This document shows positions 56,901 to 64,000 of a stretch of DNA of 64,000 bases, one piece after another; the stretch's first letter is position 1; each line of letters begins with the position of its first letter. This DNA comes from Acidobacteriota bacterium. Its GTDB lineage: Bacteria; Acidobacteriota; CAIWXX01. The translations under genes and the position numbers were made by a program. The DNA lies in NCBI GenBank assembly GCA_040755995.1, contig JBFMAF010000009.1, positions 1-64,000 on the forward strand, written 5' to 3'. The notes beneath the pieces are model-generated. The model was not told the DNA's origin and did not search any database. It saw only the letters and a list, made by a program, of their open reading frames with translations.

Positions 56901-57296
56901 GGTGCCGGCGGCGATCCATAGTGCCACCCTGCTGCCGCTGGCGCGCAGTGGTGCGGGAGGCGGCGGAGGCGGCGGCGTGGGCTCGGGCTGAGGCGCGCCG
57001 ATGGCGTCATCGAAGGCGAAGATGACCCCTCCAATCTCTATCCGATCGCCGTGCTGCAGCCACGCCTTATCTATGCGGGCCCCGTTGAGCACCGTGCCGT
57101 TGGCGCTTCTCATGTCCTCCAGCCACCAGCCTTCCGTGCCGCGGTGAATAGCCGCATGGCGCCTGCTCACCTGGTTGTCGGACAGTCGCAGCGTGTTCTC
57201 AGGCGTGCGGCCAATCGCGAAGTGATCGTCCTCCAGCGGGATCACCCGATTGAGAAGCGCAGGGTCATCGGCCTGCACGACGATCAGGCTTGGCAC
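53913..57296 (-). CDS. FHA-domain membrane protein with ZU5-like region and zincin HExxH domain
   Basis: IGR...VSRRHA...SANGTVLNG (FHA), Pro linker, TM helix, ZU5-like GGSL...VRFP...TRHFS, HELFHHYQ, Fn3-like PPAELAAE...LVLTW. Confidence 0.8.
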   Translation of the reverse strand: MPSLIVVQADDPALLNRVIPLEDDHFAIGRTPENTLRLSDNQVSRRHAAIHRGTEGWWLEDMRSANGTVLNGARIDKAWLQHGDRIEIGGVIFAFDDAIGAPQPEPTPPPPPPPAPLRASGSRVALWIAAGTVFASLAAAGLVWLGIHLVRGRGASPQEGQGGAEAAVEKPLTGLDYGIRPGTPIPVERVRKLASGKISTTAGGSLQAPGISVRFPAKCLPEDREISLYEVRVPPPANLSVSLAEGESAKPAELGLAFEVDAGSEAGLYSEDVRIAVDTTQVRAAGRQIVQPVISLDGKTWDSLPYTMEGDNLVFTTRHFSIIGAVITGVATGVALVSLVIFPDEFPSQFQEYAPFKRIGFLGNSKLDPVGLEIYYSLKMPGLDPGTGLMPYDVSAFEAGREAIRRRTMANNRLMNADPGSWPPDLAWDFRIEEARLKRSLIMPEQAVAVEKALDFARRYLEDKRKFRRPFCNLPVYIIPSFRGYDGYLHNPWSGRRYLVLPADLKPEVLSSATLHELFHHYQTGYVWIDRNGHLPFVEASALLMEREAEACYTAAGRPYSCQDGLMLAQYLGFRNSLKSGPDAWFWQEVPVRKFGYSLSWFLEYLRDRRFEIGGASPLCSADAGSLRVPLEAGDPLSFQRDILGAWASNRYNANFKALLWAAGDDERKLGEYFLDFARTRILKGDQETAQFGKSAPYWVKYVKSGNTSGPFQDSPYSKDATSEFGLTPALYDFSQTACTEIDDNLIKSWSIQFLKFRSPKRKNVELAAIVPREWFPKDRNQRGVFFREKASEEEVQELRDLDQAPLSSDYAATKMDFAEDAFIYVVDTGQTGSGYVRGFKPAKVFALEPPAELAAEVDRGKLVLTWKAPPAAQEGACAGAPEFRYFIYVNELKSRAMEPAVDRVNCRIEMKAEEIPSWAGHGIPRVAVSSAVEIGRNENGDPVYLESRPSDTVGGEPVGNYELSLDITAETPDAGSECAAMNHYWSFLRFTVTLQVQVGVDGRFRFSKEWSEPYIGDGKVRHVISGEGTFVADQLRIDGTFSSDADWRMNEHELSTKETGSFTGEGKFLMDQWFGHHLEGEFKSSLQDRYCATATNNECTEWKTEETSCQGRLPKLMSSIESFRKL

Positions 57297-57497
57297 TCGG
57301 CCCTCTCACTCCTCGCGCCGGCGGATCATGAAGCCACTGTAGGCCGCAACCAGCGGGATGTCAAGGCCCGTGCGGAGCCATCTGCAGTGTGTTGGATGAG
57401 TGAAGGACTGTAAACAGCCCGTCACAGGTTGCGTCCACTCGTTCAATCTGTCGTGGACTTGCGACGCGCTGTTTAGTCGATTGGGGCCGGGACGCTT

Positions 57498-58946
57498 TCA
57501 GAACAGGCTCTGGAGGTGCCTGGAGACGACGAGGCGTTCGAACTTGGCCACTGAGCTGCAGATGAGGCATTCGAGTGCCTCGGTCATGGGGCCGAGCGGC
57601 TCGCCCGAAAAATGGTTCAGCATGAAGAAGGTGTGTCGATCGTCCACCGCATGATCGTTGTCCCGCAGGTAGTTCCTGGGATGCTGAAGGAATTCGTCCT
57701 TCTCCTGGTCGTCGCCGGCCAGGGTCGCGAAGATCCGGCGCAGGTCTTCGTCATCGAGGAAGTCGAGGACCACCTGCTTGTCCACCATGACGAACTTCGA
57801 GGCGAAGAAGTCATACTCCTCCTGGTAGCTCGTCGAGAGCGGCGGGCCCGGCCGGATCTTGCCGGCCTCGTCCGTGGTCCGATCGATCTGATGGCGGAAG
57901 CATGATGGGACCTTGGAGAACGGATCTCCGGTCAGCCCATAGGCGTTGGCTGGGCAACCGCGACACACCTGGTAGAAGTCGCAGCGCCCGCAGGCCTCAT
58001 AGGATTCGGGGCGGCGGAACTTCTTCAGCAGCTCGGATCCCAGCCAGATCTCTTCAAACGACTGCTCCGGCATCTTCCCAACCGGGATAGGCAATCGGCG
58101 GCACGCGAGCAGCGTGCCATCGCTCAGAAGTGCGAATGAGTTCCAGGCGTTGAGGCACCCCGAGATCACGGGCGTATTCTCCAGGCCCATGGGATAGTAC
58201 GTCTTGTTCTCGAACTGGGTGAGCTTGAGGAGATTGGGCTTCTCACGCATGGCGATGGGATTCCCGGAGGTCCGCAGCTGGTGCTTCTCCGCGAGGTACC
58301 GCGAGAACAGCTCTCGCATGCGCTCCGGCGAGAAAGCATACTTGTCCATCGTCGCTGCGTTTCCGACGAATGAGCCTACATCAAAGCTGAACGAATTCGA
58401 GGCCGTGCTCTCGGCGACGTACCGCATGAGCGGAATGAGCTCATGGGCGTTGCCGGGGAAAAGCGTGAACATGATATTGCTCTGGATGCCATGGCGCGCC
58501 AGCCGGTCCAGGGCTTCCACCGTGCGACCGAAGCTGCCCTCGGAACGGAAGTAGTCGTGTGTGGGCTCGAGGCCGTCCAGGCTCATTTGAAAGGCTTGCA
58601 CCCGGAGGTTCTCCAGAAGCTCGATGTTCTCATCCGTGAGGGTCTCCGGATTACCCATAAGCCGAAAGTGCTTCCCGCGCCTGTTCAGCTCCGTCAGAAA
58701 CCTCCTCAGGTCCGGCCGCAAGAACGGATCGCCGCCGGTGATCGAGAAATTCACGATCCGCGCGCCGTACCTGTCCTCGAACGCCTCGAAGCTGTCGAGA
58801 ACCCGCATCATGCCCTCGTAGGACAACGTGTTCTTGCGCTCGCTCTCGAACGTAGCTTCGTCGTACATGTAGCAGTGCTTGCAGCGGTTCTCGCAGTCGG
58901 TCGTGATGTGCCACTGCACTGAAATCGCCGGAGGATAGGACTTCAT
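57498..58946 (-). CDS. radical SAM/SPASM peptide maturase
   Basis: CENRCKHC; ITGGDP; QMSLDG; SPASM cysteines GC...AC...CGRC...CRGC...C. Confidence 0.9.
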   Translation of the reverse strand: MKSYPPAISVQWHITTDCENRCKHCYMYDEATFESERKNTLSYEGMMRVLDSFEAFEDRYGARIVNFSITGGDPFLRPDLRRFLTELNRRGKHFRLMGNPETLTDENIELLENLRVQAFQMSLDGLEPTHDYFRSEGSFGRTVEALDRLARHGIQSNIMFTLFPGNAHELIPLMRYVAESTASNSFSFDVGSFVGNAATMDKYAFSPERMRELFSRYLAEKHQLRTSGNPIAMREKPNLLKLTQFENKTYYPMGLENTPVISGCLNAWNSFALLSDGTLLACRRLPIPVGKMPEQSFEEIWLGSELLKKFRRPESYEACGRCDFYQVCRGCPANAYGLTGDPFSKVPSCFRHQIDRTTDEAGKIRPGPPLSTSYQEEYDFFASKFVMVDKQVVLDFLDDEDLRRIFATLAGDDQEKDEFLQHPRNYLRDNDHAVDDRHTFFMLNHFSGEPLGPMTEALECLICSSVAKFERLVVSRHLQSLF

Positions 58947-59012
58947 GGCTGGTCTCCTGTCGGCCGCCGGTGTGCCGTCATTGGCCGATCATAGTGTTTG
59001 GGCCATCGCGCA

Positions 59013-61001
59013 TCAAGGCCTTTCCGCAATCGTCCGCTGGACGACGCCCGCATCGCTGAAGCGGTCTCCGCCGCCCCTCAGCAGAACCGCGCCGCCCGGA
59101 TATTCGCTTCTCTCAGGCAGCGCGGTAGCCGGCTCGCAGAGGGCCAGGGCGAGCAGACGACCGCCTACCTCGATCATGAGCTTGCGGTCCAGTAGGGAAT
59201 GAGCTGCCGCTTCGACCTCGGCCCTACTATGACCGCGCGCCACCATCTGGTTCAGAAGCCTCCTCCATCCCACCGCAGCGTCACAAGCGAGGTGGATCTC
59301 GCGCTCGACCCCCTCCAACACGAACGACGACGCCACTGCCACCGGACGCGTGTCGCGGATCCGGACGGCCGAGTCAGTAACGGTCATGATGAGGCAAGGA
59401 GCGCTCTCAGACCAGAATGCGATCTTCCACTGTGCCGCGGCCTTGCTGGCGGCCAGTATGCCCGGGCGCGTGAGCAGCGTCTCGAAACGGGGATCAATTG
59501 CACGTTCCTCGTCCTCAAAGAAGCACACCAGACTTGCAAGGGCGTCGGGGCTGATGGGGTAGATGTAAGAGAAGAGCTCTGCCGGCTGCAGCTTCAGACC
59601 GAACTCTTGGGGACGCCCGTGGTACTGGCTGTAGCGATCGAGCCGCACACGAGCAAACGCCCACGGCGGCTGCAGGTGGCTGAGAAGCGGGAGCATCCGC
59701 GCCATCTCCCAATACCACTCATCGGCCTCGCCGGGGAAGTCACACATGATGTACCAACCCACGTAGACTCCGTATTGCCGGCACCACTTCAGGAACTGAA
59801 CATTCTGCCAGGACTTGCAGCCCTTGTTCATGTGCGCAAGGACCTTGTCGCTCAGACTTTCGATCCCACACCAGACCCAGGTCAACCCCGCATCCCGCAT
59901 CGTCCTCACCTGCTCGCGGCTCAGGTTCGACATGATCTGGTAGTAGATGCGGTACGGCGAACGCTTGCGCGCCAGATCCGGGAACAGCGTTCGGAAATAG
60001 CGCATCTCGAGGGAGTTGTCGGCGGCCAAAAACCGGGTCACACCGTGTCGATGATAGAGCGAATCAAGATCGCGCACCACCTGAGACGCGAGCTTGCTCC
60101 GAAAACGCCTGCCGCAGCCGTTCAGACTGCAGTACACGCATCCGCTCTTCTCCCCCCACCAGCAACCGCGGGATGTCTCGATGGGCAGAGACACCGCGAT
60201 CTTGTCGCGGAAGGATGACTCCTTCAGTGTCCGGAAGTAGTCGTCGTAGTCGGGCACAGGCAGATCATCGAGAGACTCCACCGTCGCGCGCGGCGCGCCA
60301 TCGGCCGGCCCGCGCGGATAACCGATGCGGCGATGCACCGGCGCGAATACGCCTTCTGGAAGCATCTCCGGCGCCACCTCGGTCCCCTTCTCCCGAATGG
60401 CCCGGACGAGCGGCGTGATCAGAGCGTCTGCTTCTCCGGAAACCACATAGTCAACCCAAGGAAAGAACGAGTGTGTGCTGCGGCCCATGATGGTCTCGCA
60501 GTTGGCACCTCCCATGACCGTGACGACATCCGGGGAAAACTCGCGCACGCGCTTCAACAGCGCAATTGACGACAGGTGCTGCATGTAGGTCGTTCCGCAC
60601 CCGACCATGAAAGGCTTCCGCTCCAGAATACGCCCGGCGAGATCATCCACAAACCGGCCCGCCTTCTCACGGACCGAGAGCATTATGTCCTTCAACTCAC
60701 CGGCGTCGCAGCCGCGATACATGCGGTTGCGATCGATCAGCCGCCGGATGAAACGGTCGTGGTCGGATTCGAATCCTGGGAAGACGAGGTGGGAGAATGT
60801 CCAATCACCCAGAGCGTCTTGCGGGCGCGTCCCTGTGATGAGCATGTGACGGTGCAGCCCGATCTCACGCGCGAACAAGAGATCGGCATAGACAGTCTCC
60901 ACGGCCCAGCCGTCGCGGATCAACACCGCCTGAAGCAGCCCCAGCGCGACCGACGGGCGCTCGATCGGCGTATAGGGCATGTTCACAAGGCATATGTCCA
61001 T
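59013..61001 (-). CDS. cobalamin-dependent RiPP maturation radical SAM C-methyltransferase (TIGR03975-like), copy 3
   Basis: LVNMPY...LGLLQA, MGGANCE, SGEAD, ETSRGCWWGEKSGCVYC (Cx7Cx2C), GIESL, HLQPP; alternative start 61037. Confidence 0.9.
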   Translation of the reverse strand: MDICLVNMPYTPIERPSVALGLLQAVLIRDGWAVETVYADLLFAREIGLHRHMLITGTRPQDALGDWTFSHLVFPGFESDHDRFIRRLIDRNRMYRGCDAGELKDIMLSVREKAGRFVDDLAGRILERKPFMVGCGTTYMQHLSSIALLKRVREFSPDVVTVMGGANCETIMGRSTHSFFPWVDYVVSGEADALITPLVRAIREKGTEVAPEMLPEGVFAPVHRRIGYPRGPADGAPRATVESLDDLPVPDYDDYFRTLKESSFRDKIAVSLPIETSRGCWWGEKSGCVYCSLNGCGRRFRSKLASQVVRDLDSLYHRHGVTRFLAADNSLEMRYFRTLFPDLARKRSPYRIYYQIMSNLSREQVRTMRDAGLTWVWCGIESLSDKVLAHMNKGCKSWQNVQFLKWCRQYGVYVGWYIMCDFPGEADEWYWEMARMLPLLSHLQPPWAFARVRLDRYSQYHGRPQEFGLKLQPAELFSYIYPISPDALASLVCFFEDEERAIDPRFETLLTRPGILAASKAAAQWKIAFWSESAPCLIMTVTDSAVRIRDTRPVAVASSFVLEGVEREIHLACDAAVGWRRLLNQMVARGHSRAEVEAAAHSLLDRKLMIEVGGRLLALALCEPATALPERSEYPGGAVLLRGGGDRFSDAGVVQRTIAERP

Positions 61002-61002
61002 T

Positions 61003-63006
61003 CTACGCACCTGATCCTGTGTGGCGGTCCCTTCCATCGAGCCGCGCTCGTGCGGCCTCCGATACCAGCCCTCCACCGGGGTAGTCGCTCAAGCCCGGCA
61101 TCTCTGCGCACGGTTCACGGACGGCGAGCGAGATCAGATGCCCATCCGAAGAGAGCAGCAACTTGCGGTCGACGAGGTCCCGTGCGGCGCGCTCGACTTC
61201 CGATTTCGCGAACCCCCGCTCAGCGAGGGCCCGCTGGACGTTCTCTCCTGAGGGTGCATCGTCGCAGGCAAGGTAGAGGCTGCGCGACAGCCCGGTAAGC
61301 TCGAACTCCGGCTGCGAGGCCGCCGGACGTGTGTCCCGGATCCTGATGCGCGAGCGTGTGACGGTCATCGACAGGACGGGCCGCATGGCCGAGTAGAACC
61401 GCCGCGTCCAGTCGTCCACGGCCCGCCGCACGGCCCGGATGCCCGGCCTTCTCATCAGGGGGCTGAAGAGCGGGTTGCGCGCCCGCGCGGGGTCCTCGAA
61501 GAAGTAGACCTGATTCTGGAGGTCTTCGCGACTCAGAGGGTAGATGTATGCGTAGAGTCTCGCCGGCATCAACCTCAGGCCGTACTGCTTGGCTCGAAAA
61601 TGGTAGTCACTGTAGCGATCGAACCGGACGCGGGTGACCTCAGCCGGCGGCTGCAGATGCGAGAGCAGCGGCAGATCACGGGCCAATTCCACGTACCAGC
61701 CGTCGTCCTCGCCCGGCAGGTCGCACATCAAGTTCCAGCCCACGTAGATACCGTGTTGCCGGCACCACTTGAGAAGCTGCACATTCTGCCTGGCAGTCAC
61801 ACCTTTGTTCATTAGCTTCAGTGCCCGCTCATGAAGATGTTCGATGCCGGCCCAGACCCAGGTGAGGCCCGCATCGCGCATCAGCCCGACCTGCCGCTTG
61901 CTCAGGTTGGGCCTGACATCGAAGAAAAGTCGGACAGGCATGCGCCGGCGCGCCAGCTCGGGCAGTAGTGAACGGAAGAAATCGAGGTTCATGACATTGT
62001 CGACGGTCTGGATACGATCCGCCTGATAGCGCTCGAGCAGTGTGTCGATTTCTCTCAGAACCTGGCCGGCAGGTTTGGAGCGAAAGCGCTTACTCTGCGG
62101 CAGGATCCCACAGAATGTGCACGATCGCTTCTGTCCCCACCAGCAACCGCGCGAAGTCTCCAGCGGAAGCGCTGGAAGGATCATGCGCCGCAGCCATGCC
62201 GGCAGGTCGTTCAGCGTGTCGAAGTAGTCGTGAAAGTCCGGCACCGGGAGGGACTGGAGCGACCAGTACACGGCGCGCGGCGCGTCATCGCCGCCGCTCA
62301 CGGAGGCGCGGGGATATCCGAGAGTGCGATGAATCGGGGCGAACACGCCGTCGGCCAGGCCGTCGCCATACGCCTCGCGGCCATTCTGCAGAATCGCGCG
62401 CACGAGCGGAGCGATCAGGCCGTCGGCCTCGCCGGAGACGACGAAGTCGACCCACGGAGACGACTTGTGCGTGGTGCGGCCCATCACGGTCTCGCAGTTC
62501 GCTCCGCCCATCAACGTCACCACATCCGGCGCCAGCTTCCGAATGCGTTTGAGCAGGGCAAGCGAGGGCACATGTTGATTGAAGGACGACGTGCAACCCA
62601 CTATGCGCGGTCTGCGCTCGAGAACGCGAGTCGCAAGGCGATCCACGAACTCGGCGGCGGCGCCGCGCACCGCGAAGACTGCCTCCTTGAACCGGTCCGG
62701 TTCACAGCCCTCAGGCAGCCGGTTTCGCCGGATGACATGATCGAGATACTCGTCGTGATCGGGGGCGAAGTCCGGGAATGCGATGTGGGCGAATGTCCAA
62801 TCACGGAGCGCGTCGGATGACATGGTCTTGATGACGAGCCGGTATGGACGTATCCCGATCGCCTCCAGGAAGAGCAGGTTCGCGTACACGCTCGCGACCG
62901 AGAATCCGTCGCGTTCGAGAATCGCCTGCAGAAGGCCCAGGGCCATCGAAGGCTGGATCGGTGGCGCGTACGGCATGTTGACGAAGCACACGTCCATGCT
63001 CGCCAC
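61003..63006 (-). CDS. cobalamin-dependent RiPP maturation radical SAM C-methyltransferase (TIGR03975-like), copy 2
   Basis: FVNMPY, MGGANCE, ETSRGCWWGQKRSCTFC, HLQPP, RFDRYS. Confidence 0.9.
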   Translation of the reverse strand: MASMDVCFVNMPYAPPIQPSMALGLLQAILERDGFSVASVYANLLFLEAIGIRPYRLVIKTMSSDALRDWTFAHIAFPDFAPDHDEYLDHVIRRNRLPEGCEPDRFKEAVFAVRGAAAEFVDRLATRVLERRPRIVGCTSSFNQHVPSLALLKRIRKLAPDVVTLMGGANCETVMGRTTHKSSPWVDFVVSGEADGLIAPLVRAILQNGREAYGDGLADGVFAPIHRTLGYPRASVSGGDDAPRAVYWSLQSLPVPDFHDYFDTLNDLPAWLRRMILPALPLETSRGCWWGQKRSCTFCGILPQSKRFRSKPAGQVLREIDTLLERYQADRIQTVDNVMNLDFFRSLLPELARRRMPVRLFFDVRPNLSKRQVGLMRDAGLTWVWAGIEHLHERALKLMNKGVTARQNVQLLKWCRQHGIYVGWNLMCDLPGEDDGWYVELARDLPLLSHLQPPAEVTRVRFDRYSDYHFRAKQYGLRLMPARLYAYIYPLSREDLQNQVYFFEDPARARNPLFSPLMRRPGIRAVRRAVDDWTRRFYSAMRPVLSMTVTRSRIRIRDTRPAASQPEFELTGLSRSLYLACDDAPSGENVQRALAERGFAKSEVERAARDLVDRKLLLSSDGHLISLAVREPCAEMPGLSDYPGGGLVSEAARARLDGRDRHTGSGA

Positions 63007-63033
63007 CGCCGCCCTACATCGGCACTGGCCGGG

Positions 63034-64000
63034 TCAGGTCAGCCATGCCAGGAGCTCGCCGCCGGGGTAGTCGATCTTCTTGGGCAGCTCGGGGAGCGGC
63101 TCTTCGACGGCGAGCGCGAGCAGCCGCCCGTCGAGCTCGACCATCAGCTTCTGCTCCAACAAGCGCTCAACGGCTGCCTCAACCTCGTCCTTGTCATACC
63201 CCTGCTTCTCCAGAAAGGTCTTCAGCGTGGCCTTGCGGCACGCTTCGTCGCACCGGAGGTAAATCTCGCGCTCGATCCCGTGGAGGGTGAAGGTGGAGCT
63301 CACGGCGACCGGACGCGTGTCACGGATCCGTATTTCGGAGTCAGACTGCGACATCGCGAGGACAGGGAGGTTGTTGGACCAGAACGCTTTCTTCCACCAG
63401 CCCATCTCGCCGGCGGCCGCTCTCATACCGGGGCGGGTGAACAACGACGAGACCAGTGGATGCAGAGTGCGCGCCTCGTCCTCGAAGAAATACGTGAACC
63501 CGCGCATCTGTTCTTCGTCGAGCGGGTAGACGTATGGCGCGAGCTCCGACGGGCGCAGCTCCAGGCCGTATTCCTTGGCCTTATCGTGGTAGTGGCTGAA
63601 GCGGTCCAGGCGCAGTCGAACGAAGCCGCGCGGCGGCTGCAGATGCGTGAGCAGCGGGAGGAGCTCGGCCATCTCGCCGTACCACTCGTCTTCCTCACCC
63701 GGGAAATCGCACATCACGTTCCAGGCGACGAAGATGCCATACTGGCGGCACCATTTCACGAACTGAACATTCTGGTACGCTTTGCATCCCTTGTTGATCA
63801 GCTTCAGCAGCTTGCTGTGCAGGCTCTCGACGCCACACCAGATCCAGGTCACGCCCGCCTCACGCATGAGCCTGACCTGATCCTTCCTCAGGTTCGACAT
63901 GAGCTCGTAGTAGAGTCGATAGGGCTTCTGCGCGCGCACAAGTTCTGGGAAGAGCGTGTCGAACCAACGCATGTCGATCGAGTTGTCGCAGGCATAGAAA
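63034..64000 (-). CDS. cobalamin-dependent RiPP maturation radical SAM C-methyltransferase, copy 1 (5' end outside window)
   Basis: C-terminal half colinear with copies 2 and 3: GVESL, NVQFVKWCRQYG, HLQPP, RLDRFS, IRDTRP, DYPGG. Confidence 0.88.
   Translation of the reverse strand, partial: FYACDNSIDMRWFDTLFPELVRAQKPYRLYYELMSNLRKDQVRLMREAGVTWIWCGVESLHSKLLKLINKGCKAYQNVQFVKWCRQYGIFVAWNVMCDFPGEEDEWYGEMAELLPLLTHLQPPRGFVRLRLDRFSHYHDKAKEYGLELRPSELAPYVYPLDEEQMRGFTYFFEDEARTLHPLVSSLFTRPGMRAAAGEMGWWKKAFWSNNLPVLAMSQSDSEIRIRDTRPVAVSSTFTLHGIEREIYLRCDEACRKATLKTFLEKQGYDKDEVEAAVERLLEQKLMVELDGRLLALAVEEPLPELPKKIDYPGGELLAWLT

Noticed and set aside
57300..57497. RiPP precursor downstream of the SPASM gene
   Set aside because: No ORF with RBS or leader features; only an imperfect hairpin at 57411-57475
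1..64000. CRISPR array, rRNA or complete tRNA
   Set aside because: No repeat-spacer periodicity or cloverleaf seen; the 63-bp repeats and WNTFLGG repeats are coding

Overview
GC-rich bacterial window; the gene content (S41 peptidase, SBBP beta-propeller, TonB and Hanks-kinase fragments) suggests an Acidobacteriota-like organism, which is an inference. 1-27 kb is accessory: a RelE/Phd-like toxin-antitoxin pair, an RHS/YD protein with almost no C-terminal toxin domain, methyltransferases, a run of gene fragments (istB, Ser/Thr kinase, BNR repeats, moaA, TonB receptor), a Moco/Tuco-type riboswitch upstream of a secreted haem-motif molybdopterin-fold protein, and a hybrid histidine kinase coupled to a REC-GGDEF-REC-class III cyclase. 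27-48 kb is largely core genome: DUF1015, purN-purM-purF-purL-purQ-purS-purB, M16 peptidase, a possible 6S RNA, folC-accD, oppD/oppF-like ATPases and a GT2. It is interrupted by a translationally coupled three-gene cassette (TIGR04255 family, unknown, ADP-ribosyltransferase-like) that is a candidate new defence or toxin-antitoxin system. 48-64 kb holds a MarR-arsM-arsN2 arsenic operon, an SBBP protein, an FHA-TM-ZU5(HFS)-zincin receptor-like protein, and the distal end of a RiPP cluster: at least three tandem cobalamin-dependent radical SAM methyltransferases plus a radical SAM/SPASM enzyme, continuing past the right edge. All family assignments come from motif recognition by eye; no searches were run.
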